64,000 nucleotides of DNA from assembly GCA_964252035.1 (NCBI GenBank), contig OZ176201.1; one strand, given 5' to 3'. Positions 48,500 to 64,000 of the stretch are shown one piece after another. The stretch comes from Podarcis erhardii. Lineage: Eukaryota. The notes under the pieces are model-generated. The model made no database searches, was not told where the DNA came from, and saw only the letters and a program-made list of their open reading frames with translations. Position numbers and translations under genes: made by a program. The number at the start of each line of letters is the position of its first letter. Positions within the stretch are counted from its first letter, which is position 1.

Positions 48500-49791
48500 A
48501 TCCCTCCTCCAGTACCATCACCCCTCTTTGAATTCATGCTGTGTACATCTCAAGCAACTGAAACTAACACTTAAAGGGGGATTCTAGTCCATAAAAGGTT
48601 CTCTCTGTCAGGAAAGTGTGTTTAGGATTGCAGCCTAAGAGCAAGGCCCATTGAGCTCAAGTTCTACTCAGAACTCAGAACTTATTTCTGACAAGATTCT
48701 TTTGTAATCATGGCTAAATATTTGCCTGAGTATTGCAAGCTTGCTTTCAGCTGTTTATATTTGGGGGTGTCAGGGACTCCAGTTCTGTTCTTGGCCTAAA
48801 GTGGAGTATTAAAAACCTACTGTTGTACCATGCTTTTTCTCCAGTATCGTTTTTTCCCATCAAGCTGTTGGAAGTCTATGGGGTATACACCAGGAGTATT
48901 GTTAGTTAGGTTGGAAAAGGGAGTGTGTCCTCTACTCCCCCTCAGAAAAGGTTCAAGAGAGGGATGGTGCTGGTCCACAATCTTCTCACTTTTTTTCTGG
49001 AAAACTGGCCTCAGATTGTTTCAAATATTTATTTGGCCAAAAAGGTTGACACCAAAAAATGGGATGGCTTTATCAAAACTATGTTCCGCTCTTAATTAAC
49101 CTGCTGACTGTCTGTACCCAAAACTGCAGGCTTCAGCCAGGAGCTCTGATGCTGGAAACATCTCTTTGGAAACTGTAGAGCTTACTTTCTATTAACAAGG
49201 AGTAAAAAAAACAAAACCCAACCCTTTCCATTTTCCAGAAATGGAAGGAGCAAAAAGCCCCTCTGTTCCTTTTCTTTCTCTTTCTACTTTCTCCCATGTA
49301 CTTTCTCTGTATATGGGAAAGACCCTGATTTTAAGGGCAAGCCCCATCACTTCAACCAGGAAATCATCTCTTACTGATTTCATTGTAGTCACTTCAAAGT
49401 TAAGTGTACTGTATTTAATATTGTAGCACGGAGATCACAATCTTGGAAACAATATCACTGGAATCTTTGCACTTAATATAGGGGACTAATTCAATGGCTT
49501 TGAGGCAAATCCCACGGTAAAGTCCACAGGACTCAATTGCAATGTTCAGTATCAAAGTTATAGTGATACTTGATCATTTTATGCACAGGCCACTCTTTCA
49601 CTTGGTCTCATAGCATGTTTACATTTTGGGGCTCATTATATAAGAAGACAAAGGAGGAAAAGCCCACCACTACCAGACTGAAGTATTAAATGTAATATTC
49701 AAAATATCCTCTGGGATATTTTCTTTAGATTAGTGGATCTAGACATTAATATAGCTAGAAAGGAAGACCGAAAGCATTTGAAGAGGTTTTT

Positions 49792-49797
49792 TTTATT
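49792..49797 (-). terminator. PITX1: Candidate PITX1 poly(A) signal (AATAAA on - strand)
   Basis: Follows a repeat-free, U-rich 3' UTR-like segment (about 49800-51204). Cleavage site not verifiable from sequence. Confidence 0.5.
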
Positions 49798-50519
49798 ATT
49801 ATTATTCCCATGCTCTTAATTTTGAAAAAAAAAATCACAAAAACATAACTTATAAAACAATATATATACTGCATCCTCCACAACAGCATTATTGAAACAT
49901 CCAGCGTAACGGTTACCACAGGTGGGAATACACTGGGAAAGAAGTACCTTGTGCATTTTATATTACGTTTCTTTGTCATCTACAGGTAATAAGTACTGAC
50001 AGAAAGAAGCAACAAATATGTCTGCAGGAAAACTTCATATGCGTTTTTAATGCGTATTAATAGTTAAAGATCATATTTATCATTTTCATAGTCATTTTAA
50101 GTATTATCTACATTTACATCATAACACCTTTTTAAGATTTCTTGTTTGGGCTCCTTGCTTTTTGTTCAGAGCTGGAAAAGCAAAGTCACTTTTTCCAAAC
50201 ATTTCCCCCAACCACGAGATTACTATACTCCTTTCCTTTTAAGATGCAGTATCGACGTTTCAGGATAGTCCTTTTCCGTATTTTAAACATTTCTGTCCCT
50301 AGATTCTCTAGGAGAATTCTTTCTTAATTAAAAAAAGAGCCATTTAAATAAGGATGAACGATAATTTGATTATCAGGGGTAAGACTTTGCAAAGGGGAAG
50401 GGCTGGGGTTTTGCAAAGTTCCTTTTTAAAGGGAGGCGATTTAAAGAGGGATGTTGGGGGGGGGGGGAGATACTGCCGTCTTGGGAGGGAATAAACGAGA
50501 GAGAGGTAGGAACCTTTCC

Positions 50520-51990
<1,471 letters not shown>

Positions 51991-51991
51991 T

Positions 51992-52392
51992 GAGCCTGGA
52001 TAGCTCAGTTGGTCAGAGCGTGGGGCTGATAATGCCAAGGTTGCAACAGTTGCATAGTCCTGCATTGGTCCTTGAGTTTACTATCTGCAAACAGGCGTTT
52101 AATGCTCACAACCAGCTCTATGATTCTATGATCACATGAAGTGGCGCGCACACGCCATTTGAATTGCAAGACCCATCAACGGGGGGGGGGGGGCTCCCTC
52201 AAATATTTTATGGGGGGGCAAAAGGCTAGAAGTTGGCTCCTATGGTTGGACTAGATGACCCTGGGACATAACTGTCAACGTTTCCCTTTTTTAAAGGGAA
52301 ATTCCCTTATTCCGAATAGGATTCCTCGCAAGAAAAGGGAAAAGTTGACAGCTATGCCCTGGGATCCCTTCCAGCTCTTACGATTCTGATTT
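51992..52392 (+). mobile_element. Two POM/Squam2-type SINE pieces (51992-52132 and 52243-52392) in PITX1 intron 2
   Basis: tRNA-Ile-like head TAGCTCAGTTGGTCAGAGCGTGGGGCTGATAATGCCAAGG; tail GGTTGGACTAGATGACCCTGG/GATCCCTTCCAGCTCT as at 28783-28916. Confidence 0.75.
52267..52356. mobile_element. Minimal hAT MITE (90 bp) nested in a SINE tail
   Basis: TIRs CATAACTGTCAACGTTTCCCTTTT / AAAAGGGAAAAGTTGACAGCTATG; perfect 8-bp TSD CCCTGGGA (52259-52266, 52357-52364). Confidence 0.88.
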
Positions 52393-53632
52393 CAATGGCC
52401 TTATTTCCCCTGCGCCCCCCCCCCTTTATTACATGTCACCATTAAGCGGTACAGAAAATAATTAATAATAATAATAATAATAATAGCATAGAGGGCTTCA
52501 GAGTTGGCTGCCAGCCCTGCTGCCCTAAAGTACGTCTCCCTGTGGCCCCCGCCGCTACGCGGTCGGAGCCTTTTTAATGGGAAGCGCTCAACAGATGAAA
52601 CTGAAGGACCCAAGAAGGGTAGCATCAGATTCCAGGGATGGCCAGCTGATGGGTGCGCTTCAAGATGCCGTGGGCGTCCACTTCCCATCATCCCTGGCCT
52701 TTGCTGATGCTGGCTGGGGCTGACGGGGGGTAGACAATATCTGGAGGATACGACCCTGGCAACGCCGGAGCTAGTTGCGTACTGGCCAGCCCGATGCTTT
52801 CGGAAAGCGTCTCCGCTCAACTGAAGCTCGACTAAAGATGCCGTTTAGTTAACAGCTAATATACTATCTCTCCGTTGTGGCATCTTCATGCCAGATTATG
52901 GAATCACTTGGTGGAATTTCTGGAGGCCTTGCTAAAATGTAGCAGGATGGATATTTTCTGAAAACTACCGTAGAAGTATTCTGCCAAATGCTTTGCAAGG
53001 GTGCAACATGGTTAAAAGTAATAGTTGCTTCTGAGCTATTTAGAAAGGAAAAAAGGGACAACCAAAGTAAAGGGAGAAACACTTCGAGCATGTTCAAAAT
53101 AGCTTTTCTTTCTCTAAAAGAAGAGCCATCAATGTTCAATAGATTTCTGCTATTTCTTTCTCCTTTAATCCTCCAAATATGAAAGAAATCTATGAGTTAT
53201 TCTACTAGCTTATTGCACCCAAATGCATTGCTCACCTGATCTAGCAATATAACCCTGGCACTAAAAATAGGTTTGGGGCCACCTCTTAAGTTTATTGAAG
53301 TGGATATGGAAACATGACGTTTATTTATTTTTAACGGTATTTCATGTGTATGTTGCCTTGATGTTTTATGATACAATAGTGTCGAAACACTGTTTATAAA
53401 TTAAAAAAATGGATGGCAGAGGGTGACCGGAATGTTAAAAACATGCAGGATCAGCACATTAAACTGTTTTGTTTTTTAAAAAATTATCCACTGTATATAG
53501 ACACCTATGGGCACTGTATGTAGACACCTCCATTTTATATAGACACCTACCAGTTTCTCAGCCCAACTTATGCATTTGATAAAAGTAAGCTATTGCCTTT
53601 AAAAGATTGCACAACAATGTCAGCCTTTAAAA

Positions 53633-53763
53633 CAGGTGTGGGGACCTGTGGCCCTCCAGATATTGCTGAATTACAGTTCCCATCATCCCTGACCATTGGC
53701 TATGCTGGCTGGGGCTGGTGGCACCCAACAACATCTGAGGGCCTTAGGAGTTCCCTGTCCCGG
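53633..53763. mobile_element. hAT (Charlie-like) MITE in PITX1 intron 2
   Basis: CAGGTGTGGGGACCTGTGGCCCTCCAGAT...; perfect 8-bp TSD CTTTAAAA (53625-53632, 53764-53771). Confidence 0.82.
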
Positions 53764-56700
53764 CTTTAAAAGGGGCCATGGTACTTTTGACCATTTTTTT
53801 GCTGCAAGCTAGCATGATTGCTGGTCTGGATTTTTTTAAAAGCTGAACTGTCACTTGCAATATTTCTCATATTCATGCTGCTCCACTCCACTGGGAAAGC
53901 TGTTTGTGGATAATCTATTATGCCAGAGAGGCCATTCAGCCTCCCTCCGCCTCCACCCCCAGCCCTCCCAAAGGAACAGCTGGAGTTGAAGTCAATTGAG
54001 TAGAACCAAGAAGCCAGTAGAGTACAATTTGTTTCTGGGTCTCAGCTAGGGTCCAGTTCCTGTCTCTGGGGAGCAATTATCCTTAAAACTATGGCTGTGA
54101 GCCAGTTAAATAACGTTGGCTTTAAGAGGGCTTTTAATTGATTAATCAGCAAATGAATTAAATATAAATAAATATGCCAATTTCCGAAACCTCAGTCTAG
54201 GTGCCTTTCTGGGGATACTGAAGAAAATACATTGTCCATCTATTTGTGCCCAGTCTGAACTTATGCCAGATTATAGATTTCCCTTATCAATTTTTCCTGC
54301 TCTCCTTTAAAAAGCCCTGGAGAAAGTTGTCTTAGGAAGAACACACTTCCTCAGAAAGGAATTCTGTATCTGCCACCCCTCTCCCAAGCATGATGTCTTT
54401 GAGGTTCCATGCAATAAGACATGTAAGCTGTTTTTGTCCTTGCATAAATCCCTTCCTGCAGACTGCTGCTTTGGACGGGCATCCGATCTCTCTCCTCTCG
54501 ATGATCTCCAAAATTTCAAACCCTCGCTTCCTTTCTCTGCAGAGAATTAACTACCCTTGACCATACTCTTGTTGTGATCAGGCCCTGGCTATGGCGGCTG
54601 GTCTGCTTTGTCCAATGCTAACGCTTTTAACAAAAAGCACACCAAAAACACCCTCCTTACAGATCATAAAAAGTGGGACTGGGCAAGTAGGTTTAAGGTA
54701 AACACAGAGCCAACCACCCCCTACATCCTTTGCCTTTCAATGGATGCAGCATCTGCCTTTGCGTTTAATATTCAGAATTTACAGCTTTGCTGCTGGAGAG
54801 CAAAAGGAGACTGGTTGCTCCTGGGGTTTAATGTAAAAACCGGTGAAAGAGGAGGGGGGAGGGATCTGATGCAGATTTGTGGAAAGTGCATCTTTGGGAA
54901 ATGCTTTGAGTTCCCTTTCATAAAAATCCAGGGCTCAGAGAACAGGAAAAGACACCCAACTCATAACCTGAAGCAGGACACAGCCGGATCTGGTTTAGCG
55001 TCCTGTTAAGAGACGGCAGATCTAATGGGGAGGTATGTCTTCCACGTGGTTTCTGCTACAGGTTAAAATATCTTCCCCTCCCTTGGTGGAAAATATCGGC
55101 CTCCGGAACTGCCTGTGTTACTGGTGGGTTGTGTGGTCTTTGTACAGGTCCCGGCTAAGGAGAGTCAGGGAAAGCAAGCAGATGTGAGACGACATCACAT
55201 CCACCTGGCCTCTTAGAAAGTGAGCTCTTCCTTCTAACAGAAGCCAGTTTTCCTTAAGTAAGGTCCTTCCAAAGAGTGGAATGGTTGCTGTGTCATTCAA
55301 GGGGGCCTTTCAGACTCAGCCACCTACTTCAAAATTATGCATGTAGCTGATGCTCACCAGTGTCTGAGTTTAGGGGCAACAAACTGGAATGCTACATTGA
55401 GAACAGGAAGGCAAATTGTGAGGGGAAAAGGACCAGGGAGGAGGAAGGATCCGGTGTAAATATAAAAGAGGAAAGGAAGAAAGGCGACACACTCAAAACC
55501 TGTAATTCATTTTTCAGAAGGTGCTTCCAGACAGGAATTTCCTGAAAATGAGGCTAATAGTTTTAATGATGGCTTCTAGACGTTTTAAAGGAAGGTCCTC
55601 TTAGCAAATTAAGGGTGGATTGGCAAAACTGAGTTATAAGGCTGCTTCTAAATATATATGTATTATCTACAGAAGGCTGAAGGAGGAGAAGAATTGCAAC
55701 GAATGGGAATGAATTCCCCGAAATTTTTCCTCACCAAATGTTCAGCTTGCCGACACGTCTATTATTATTTATTGATTGATTTATCTACCTCTTACTTGCC
55801 AAAGTGGCTTCTGAGCTGTTTACAAGTATAAGCGCAATCACAAAATTTACTTGGGAGGAAACCTGATTTTTCTGGCTGCCCCTGAAAGGTTAAAAGCGGC
55901 ATCTGCAAGCGACGTTTTTATTGGTTTGTTTTGTCCAGGTCTCAGTGATTTACTAAGGCCAAAGTGGGATTTCCGAAAACGGCCTTTCTTTTAGATTTGG
56001 GCAGAAATAAGGACGGGGCGATTCCAGCCGAATGAAGTCCTACAAACGGGGCTAGTTCCTAGAGTTTGAGGCTAGAGTCTTACATCTCGCTTAGGGGGAA
56101 ATAGAACCCGTGGGGAGTGACACCCCTTGGCAAGAATATAGGAAGGTGTCCCTCGCCTTCTAGTGATCCTCGGGTGACCCACTTCGGCTGGATCGCGCCA
56201 AAACTAGACTAAACGCATCCCTGCAAAAATGCAGCATATTCCCGGATCCTGCCCATGCTTTATTTCAGACACACGTCCCATTGACCTCAGGGATACTTCC
56301 TCTCAAGTCACTGAGCCTCGGGGTTGCTGCTTAAATTTCCTTCAATGCAAAAACGTCCCAGAGCCCTTTTTTTTTGCTTTTCACAAGGAGGGCTGCCATT
56401 TCGTGCGCAGTTCCCAGGGATTAAGCCGGGATTCACTTTTGAGGAGATAGAGCTTGCCTAATTGCATTTTCTGAAATAAATATCAAACCTCTGCGGATTT
56501 CCCAGTTCTAATAGCCCGATCCCTAAGCCGGTTAAGTGCCCGTTTATTTATTTATTTATTTGAAAATAAATTAGCGGGGCTTCCTTCCTTTGCAAGTGCC
56601 ACTTGGGGTCAGAATATCAGCCTAACAGGGCGATTTAAGCAGACTGAGGAGGAGGAGGCTGAGATCCCATGCAGGCGTGACTTGAGAGTCACTCCGGACT

Positions 56701-57275
56701 TGGTGTGATTTACCCCCGAGTAAAAGTGCATCGGATCCGGCTTCACCGCGGTTTCAAAAACCCCACTACTCCAAGCTAACCTCCATCGAAGAAAGCAGTT
56801 CCCTTAACGTTTTCCCGATCTGAGTTTACGCATATACTCCCCGATCGCTTCTCCTGCCCCACTGCGGTGTACAAGCCCCTTTGGGGTGGTCGCCAGCTGG
56901 AGCCCATGATGACGCGGTTTTAAGAGGATGCAACGCATAACCATTGAACTGAATGAGCGTCTCGACATTCGCTTCCGCCCACTGTAGTTATGTCGCAAAC
57001 TGTCCTCAGCGGGGATTAAACGCACCCGCAGCTCTGGCGCTAGGAGGATTCAGTCTCCCTATAGTGTAAGGAAGTATCCTGGGCTCATAAATTGGGGGTG
57101 GGGGTGGAAGAAGAGAAACAGAGAAAGAAAAGAGGGCGGAGAGAGAACCTCCAAAAAAGTCCAATAAACTAAAAATCCAAAGTTAAAAACAAGCAAAGAG
57201 AAAGTCTAATAAAATACTAATCCTCTCCCTACGGCAAGATATTTTTTCCTACCGGTTGGGGCAGGAAAAACTTTT

Positions 57276-57332
57276 CAAACAAACAAACAAACAAACAAAC
57301 AAACAAACAAACAAACAAACAAACAAACAAAC
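57276..57332. repeat. (CAAA)n tetranucleotide microsatellite
   Basis: Seen directly. Confidence 0.95.
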
Positions 57333-59149
57333 AGAAACAGCCTCTTCAGCTGTAGGCAAGAGAGGCGTAAGAGAACATTTCTGTACTGATTTAGGACTAT
57401 AACGATTTGTTGACTTGGGAGCCCAATGCAACTAGCCCTGGTAGCCGAGTTTACTTGGCGGATCCTGTCCTTGCTGCGCTAGAGATTCTGACCTACGCAC
57501 AGACTTGGAAGTCGCGGATCCTTTGATTTCAACGAAATCTCTTGAAGCGAAAGTGTGCTTTGGGGTGTGTTAGAGCTACAAGTTAGGAAAGATATTAATA
57601 ATCAATATATCCTCTCCTGCCACCCTCAACATTCCCACACCCACAAGGCCCAGTCCATATAAAGTCAACACCAATGGGATTGTTACTCCGATCCCGAACA
57701 CTGAAATTGTAGTTTCTTTAATTCCAGGGGAATTTAGCGTTTTAGGGCCACGCGCTTGAAATGAACTCTCACCGAAAGCGGGTTGCGCGCAGTCAGGGAG
57801 ACAGAGCCATCCGCTTAAAAAAAAACAAACCAGTTTTGTGAATCAGGCTGTTGGCGTTCAAACAATATGTACACGAATATAAGGAAGGGGTGGCCAAAAC
57901 AAAGCGAAACAAAACAAACCGCACAGGAAATGGGGCCTTTTATATATGGTTCCCTGCTGGTTTTAGGGATTTTGCACAGCTCTCTCTAACACACACAGAG
58001 CACCCTCAGTGCAACATATCAAATGGCATTTCATTTCACCGGGATTTACTTTCACCAGTGGGCACCATCCAGCAACAAACCCTAGCTATGTTTAACTGAG
58101 AAGTCCGACTGAGCGCTATGTAATTCACCCTCGCGGATTATGTTTCCTGGGGAGAGTTAAGCAGGTACTTGGCTAGGCCGCTGAATTCAATGTGACCTTC
58201 CAGGCCAAAGCAGGGCATCGTTGCTTGGAATTAAGTCTCAGTGAGCTCAGGTGAACCTGAACCCACAGCAACGCACCTTTCTGAAGTGCTTATTTTGGGC
58301 TGGATCATGTCCAGTGTTCTCCTCCAGGGCACTCCAGGACAAGCCTCTTAATTTATTTAAAATCTCTGCGTTCTGCAGTAATTTAAGTACAAATGCCACG
58401 TTCTGTCCAGCCAGCGCCATTCACAATGCCCAGCACGTGCAAACGAGCGCTGCCCTTGCCTTCTCCTACATTAGCTAAAGGAGCAGTGTGGTCGCTCCCC
58501 TACGTAGAATGCGTAGACGCCAGAATGTGGGCCGGCGCTATACAGAGGGCTAAAGAAACGAGGCATTTCAGAGGGTGTCTCCTATTCTTTCCCGCCTCCG
58601 GTTTGTTTAAATATGCTTAAACTTAGAGCTGAAGTGCAGGGTTCTGTCCTGGACGTGTCTCCCGGTCTCACTGACCAAGTTAGCTGCAGTCTACCATCTA
58701 AGGAAATGCGCCAAGGAAACGCCGCGCAAGCGAAGCACCACCCAATGAAAGCGGCCGGGGCCAAGACTCCCCTGGGAAGAAAAAGAAACCCACAACTTCC
58801 TCACTTCTAGATCAGACGGCACAATTGTTTTTGTTTTGTTTTGAAAGATCCTTTCCTGGCCCCATGAAAAAGAGCGCATTCATAAAGACTTTCTACCCGG
58901 ATGCCTGGGCTCCCTCTCTCTCCCCCCCAGCAATCGCCCGAAGAGAAAATAGATTTCCTGCTTGGTATTAAATGGCTGCATTTAATTAATGCAGGAGAGA
59001 ACAGTAAATTCTGAAAGATGGCTCTCCTGGCCAAGACCCGCTTTTCCCATGCTACGGAAAAGGACAATGATCTGGGGCGGTCTCAAGGATTTCAAGATTA
59101 TTATTTGTTTACGGCCCAATCCTGGGCATGCTTGCTCGGTTCAGCTTGC

Positions 59150-60900
<1,751 letters not shown>

Positions 60901-63881
60901 ATAAAAATGTCCAAACTGCTTCTCCTAACTCCCTAGCCTAAGTCAGCGCCACCAAACTCTCCTTCGGAAGGGAATCTGAATGAGGTCTGGATTTGTGGCC
61001 CAAATCTTCCTCAAATGCATCTTTGCACAGCACAGCAACGAGAGCTCCTGGACTGGAACCATCGCGTCTGTTTTAGAAAGCCTCATCAAACACAACCCAG
61101 AACGAAGGATTTTCCATTACAAAAGCAAAGGCCAATCAAGCCCGGATCCTGACCTAGTCTTCCTTTTACGCAAATGACAACAGATTTTTTTTGTTTTTGT
61201 TTTCATAATGGACTTTAAGAGATTCAAGGTGGGAAAAACATTTCTTAAAAAGGCGTGGGACACCTTTACAAGCCATTTCTTTAGACACTTTTTAAAAGTC
61301 TCTAAAAACAATGAAGAATTCACATCGATTTTGTTGTTGTTGTTTTTGGATATTTTCCTAGCAGGCACCAGGACACAAAATATACGCCCCACAAGGAGAA
61401 AGTTTGAATTTACTTAACCCGAAAACGAAGCCTTTCACACAACTGGATTAAATTTCTACTTTGGGCATTTGTATTTTGACAGTCAAATGATTTTTCAGTT
61501 AGGTAAAATTTAGAACCTCATTTTTCTATGGTTCCTTAAATAAAGTAAAACAACAACAGCACAAACAAAATACATTTGATCCCACCTACAAGTTTCAAAA
61601 ATGGAAATTATATGAATTATTTTCAGTTTCGAAGTGCAAGATGTGTGCATGTGCACACACAATTTAAGGCAACACATAATACCTGCTAGTTAGTTACAGT
61701 ACAGCATGTACAACTGGTACAAGCTTCTATTGGCACATTACATCAAGACCGGGGCTTCACTCTACGACCCTCTGAAGTCAATGAAGGAAGATATCGAGGG
61801 CAAGAGGACCATTGACTTCAACGGGCAAAATTTAATCATATTCTGAACTCTGCCTGACATCCATAGCACTTTCAAGATGTCATAGGTATGCACCCTGGAG
61901 TGCAAGTATCCTCGCCTTCAATTGGCTCGCTTCCGTATAAATACGCACAGGATCGTGCTGCCTGGGCAGTGATTAAATATATTGCCTTTTGCTGGTTCGA
62001 TGTCTCCATATTTTTATTCCTGCTTAATAATATTAGTATATCTACTTAAATTATACAACGTTCATTTTATAGCAATGCATTCTACAATGGGGCGAGGGGG
62101 GGCGGCGGCGGCGGGGAAATCTATGGCTTCTTACTTCTTTAAAAGCAATATAAGAGGAAATACCTAGACAGGGCAATTTGATTTCAGTGAATTTCGTGGT
62201 TCACCGGAACTACGGTGCTAACATACTACATAACAATATGTAGCAGAAACATATTTCAGACCGGCAAACTTTTTCTATCATGCAGCACGATCCTCTACTT
62301 GTTTACTCAAGAGAAAATCTCAGAGTCCTACTGGGACTTGCTCCCAAGGGGTTGCCTCCTAAGGTGATGCTTTGAGATCACTAATCATTTCGTCTTAACT
62401 GAAGCTATTCAGCTTGCAATCCCTGGCAGCAAATATTAACCACTTTCTTCCGAGTAGAAACGTTTAGGGTTGGGTTACCAGTGGTCTGTTTTTCTGCATC
62501 GATACATTGCAGAGCCGCTCCAATTTTACCGGCTTGCAAACCGGTTTTTAAACTCATATTTTACGAAGTATTTTATCAATAGCAATAGACACGTGTGTTA
62601 ACCGATGATGATGCGTTGCGCGTGTCAATCGTAGTATGCAAACAGGAGTCCATATGCAAATCTTTTCAGGTGGGATTATGTGTACTCCACACATAATCGA
62701 CTATGCAAACGAAGCAAATATTATGAAAACCACCCATTTTACTCGACAACGCTTTTAAAAAAAGTAACATCCTCAAAATAATTACAGTAAGTTTTAAAAC
62801 AAAGGGACTATGGATCTCAGCCATAGGCTGTTGTGTGTGTGTGTGCAGAACGAGAGCGATTTTGTTCTCACGTACATAAAACTTTGCTTTTTTTTAAACA
62901 GGCTGATGTATAACAACATTATTTGAAGTCCCAGTTCTATGGCATTGACTTAGGATTGTCACCTAATTTCTCTATGTATTGAAACGCACAAATTGTAATT
63001 GAATCCGTGCGTAAATATATGTACAACACATCAGTGTTTATGTAATTAACAAACCAAACCAAACCATAGCACAGGATCCATCAAACAGCAACCTCTTTCC
63101 TCTCATTGATTTCAAAGGTGAGATTAAAGCATACACTTTAATCAGTGGGATGTGGGGGGCTTCAGAATCTCCCCCCACACACTTTGTTTGGATCGGGAAC
63201 TATGTGCCATTCTATAGAGCGAGAAGAATTCCGTGTGCTGGTATCAGTGTGTGTAGGGCACGCACAGCACACATACAAACACGCGCACGCATACACCTCA
63301 AGGACTCACGCGAACAAGAGTGAATGCGCTTTAATTCGCATCTGGAATGTTTATCCTAAATCCAATGCTTAGTACTGAATTAATTTCCTTGAAACGTCGT
63401 TTTATGTATCGGGCAGTGAGGATCTGAAAATCCTAAATAAACGAGATCTACTCCTGCAAAAAAACAACACCCCTCAATTCCCTTTAAGTCACCGATTAAT
63501 GCCTATCCCCCGCTCTGGCTGTGCTTAAAATGACTCCTGCGTCCATCTGGGAGCTCTGAAAGCAAAGAGGCGAGTTCAAACGGTTACACGGTTCAAACCC
63601 CAAAGTGGTAAATGACCTTATTGCAGCCTGTGATAGCCCTCTTTCCAGTAAGCGGTTTGCAAAGCAAACAAGGCCTGGAACGCGCTCGCCTCGTTAAAAG
63701 TTTCCTTGGTGGTGTTCAAGCCAGAAACCCATCGCAACCCAGATCCCACCCACTCCAGCCCCGGCTGGGCTCCTCCAGCTCGCCATCCCTGGAAAGAGGG
63801 TCCGGCTGGCTAGCAGCACAGGGAGAAGATTTCACTTTGGGACGCCTCCTCGAATTGGTAGAGGGCAGGAGAGCTGCCTCC

Positions 63882-63882
<1 letters not shown>

Positions 63883-63926
<44 letters not shown>
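63883..63926. repeat. (CA)n microsatellite in PITX1 intron 1
   Basis: Seen directly. Confidence 0.95.
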
Positions 63927-63928
<2 letters not shown>

Positions 63929-64000
63929 TATATACATATAAATTATATATATATAAATCTTTGGAACCGCCATCCATCAAGGCGATTGAGATCTTGGCCT

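Noticed and set aside
51992-52060. tRNA-Ile(AAT)-like sequence
   Set aside because: T-arm/B-box (GGTTCGATCCC) is deleted and it continues into SINE body and tail; it is a SINE head, not a tRNA gene.
61770-61825. TGAAGTCAATG...CATTGACTTCA inverted repeat as a structured ncRNA
   Set aside because: Matches the widespread short palindromic squamate/amniote repeat remnants also seen near 13950, 44340, 46660, 48600 and 62300; no RNA gene features.

Overview
Eukaryotic genomic DNA from a squamate (lizard, probably a lacertid; inferred from Sauria and POM/Squam2-type SINEs, BovB and squamate-type L2). The window covers the CATSPER3-PITX1 interval. The last five coding exons of CATSPER3 are on the + strand (1486-9364; canonical GT-AG, intact TxDxW pore loop). 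The last two coding exons of PITX1 are on the - strand (60624-60829 and 51205-51738; K50 homeodomain and OAR motif); PITX1 exon 1 is not in the window. The roughly 40 kb between the converging genes, and the introns, are rich in mobile elements: L2, BovB, L1/Tx1, a Penelope-like piece, SINEs, and many hAT and Tc1/mariner MITEs, several with intact TIRs and TSDs and two nested inside SINEs. An LTR with a polypurine tract runs into a 353-N assembly gap. No prokaryotic features, CRISPR arrays, rRNA or true tRNA genes are supported. The best leads are all unproven: (i) a speculative, phase-consistent 4-exon model for a small Cys-rich secreted protein at 19.4-22.7 kb; (ii) repeat-poor, Hox-motif-rich blocks that are candidates for the PITX1 downstream (PelB-type) hindlimb enhancer; (iii) a triple TATGCAAA (POU/octamer) cluster in PITX1 intron 1; (iv) a 3' LTR whose element may be hidden in the gap; (v) a Sauria SINE with twin-priming-type inversion. 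Repeat family names are from recall of consensus features, not from database searches.
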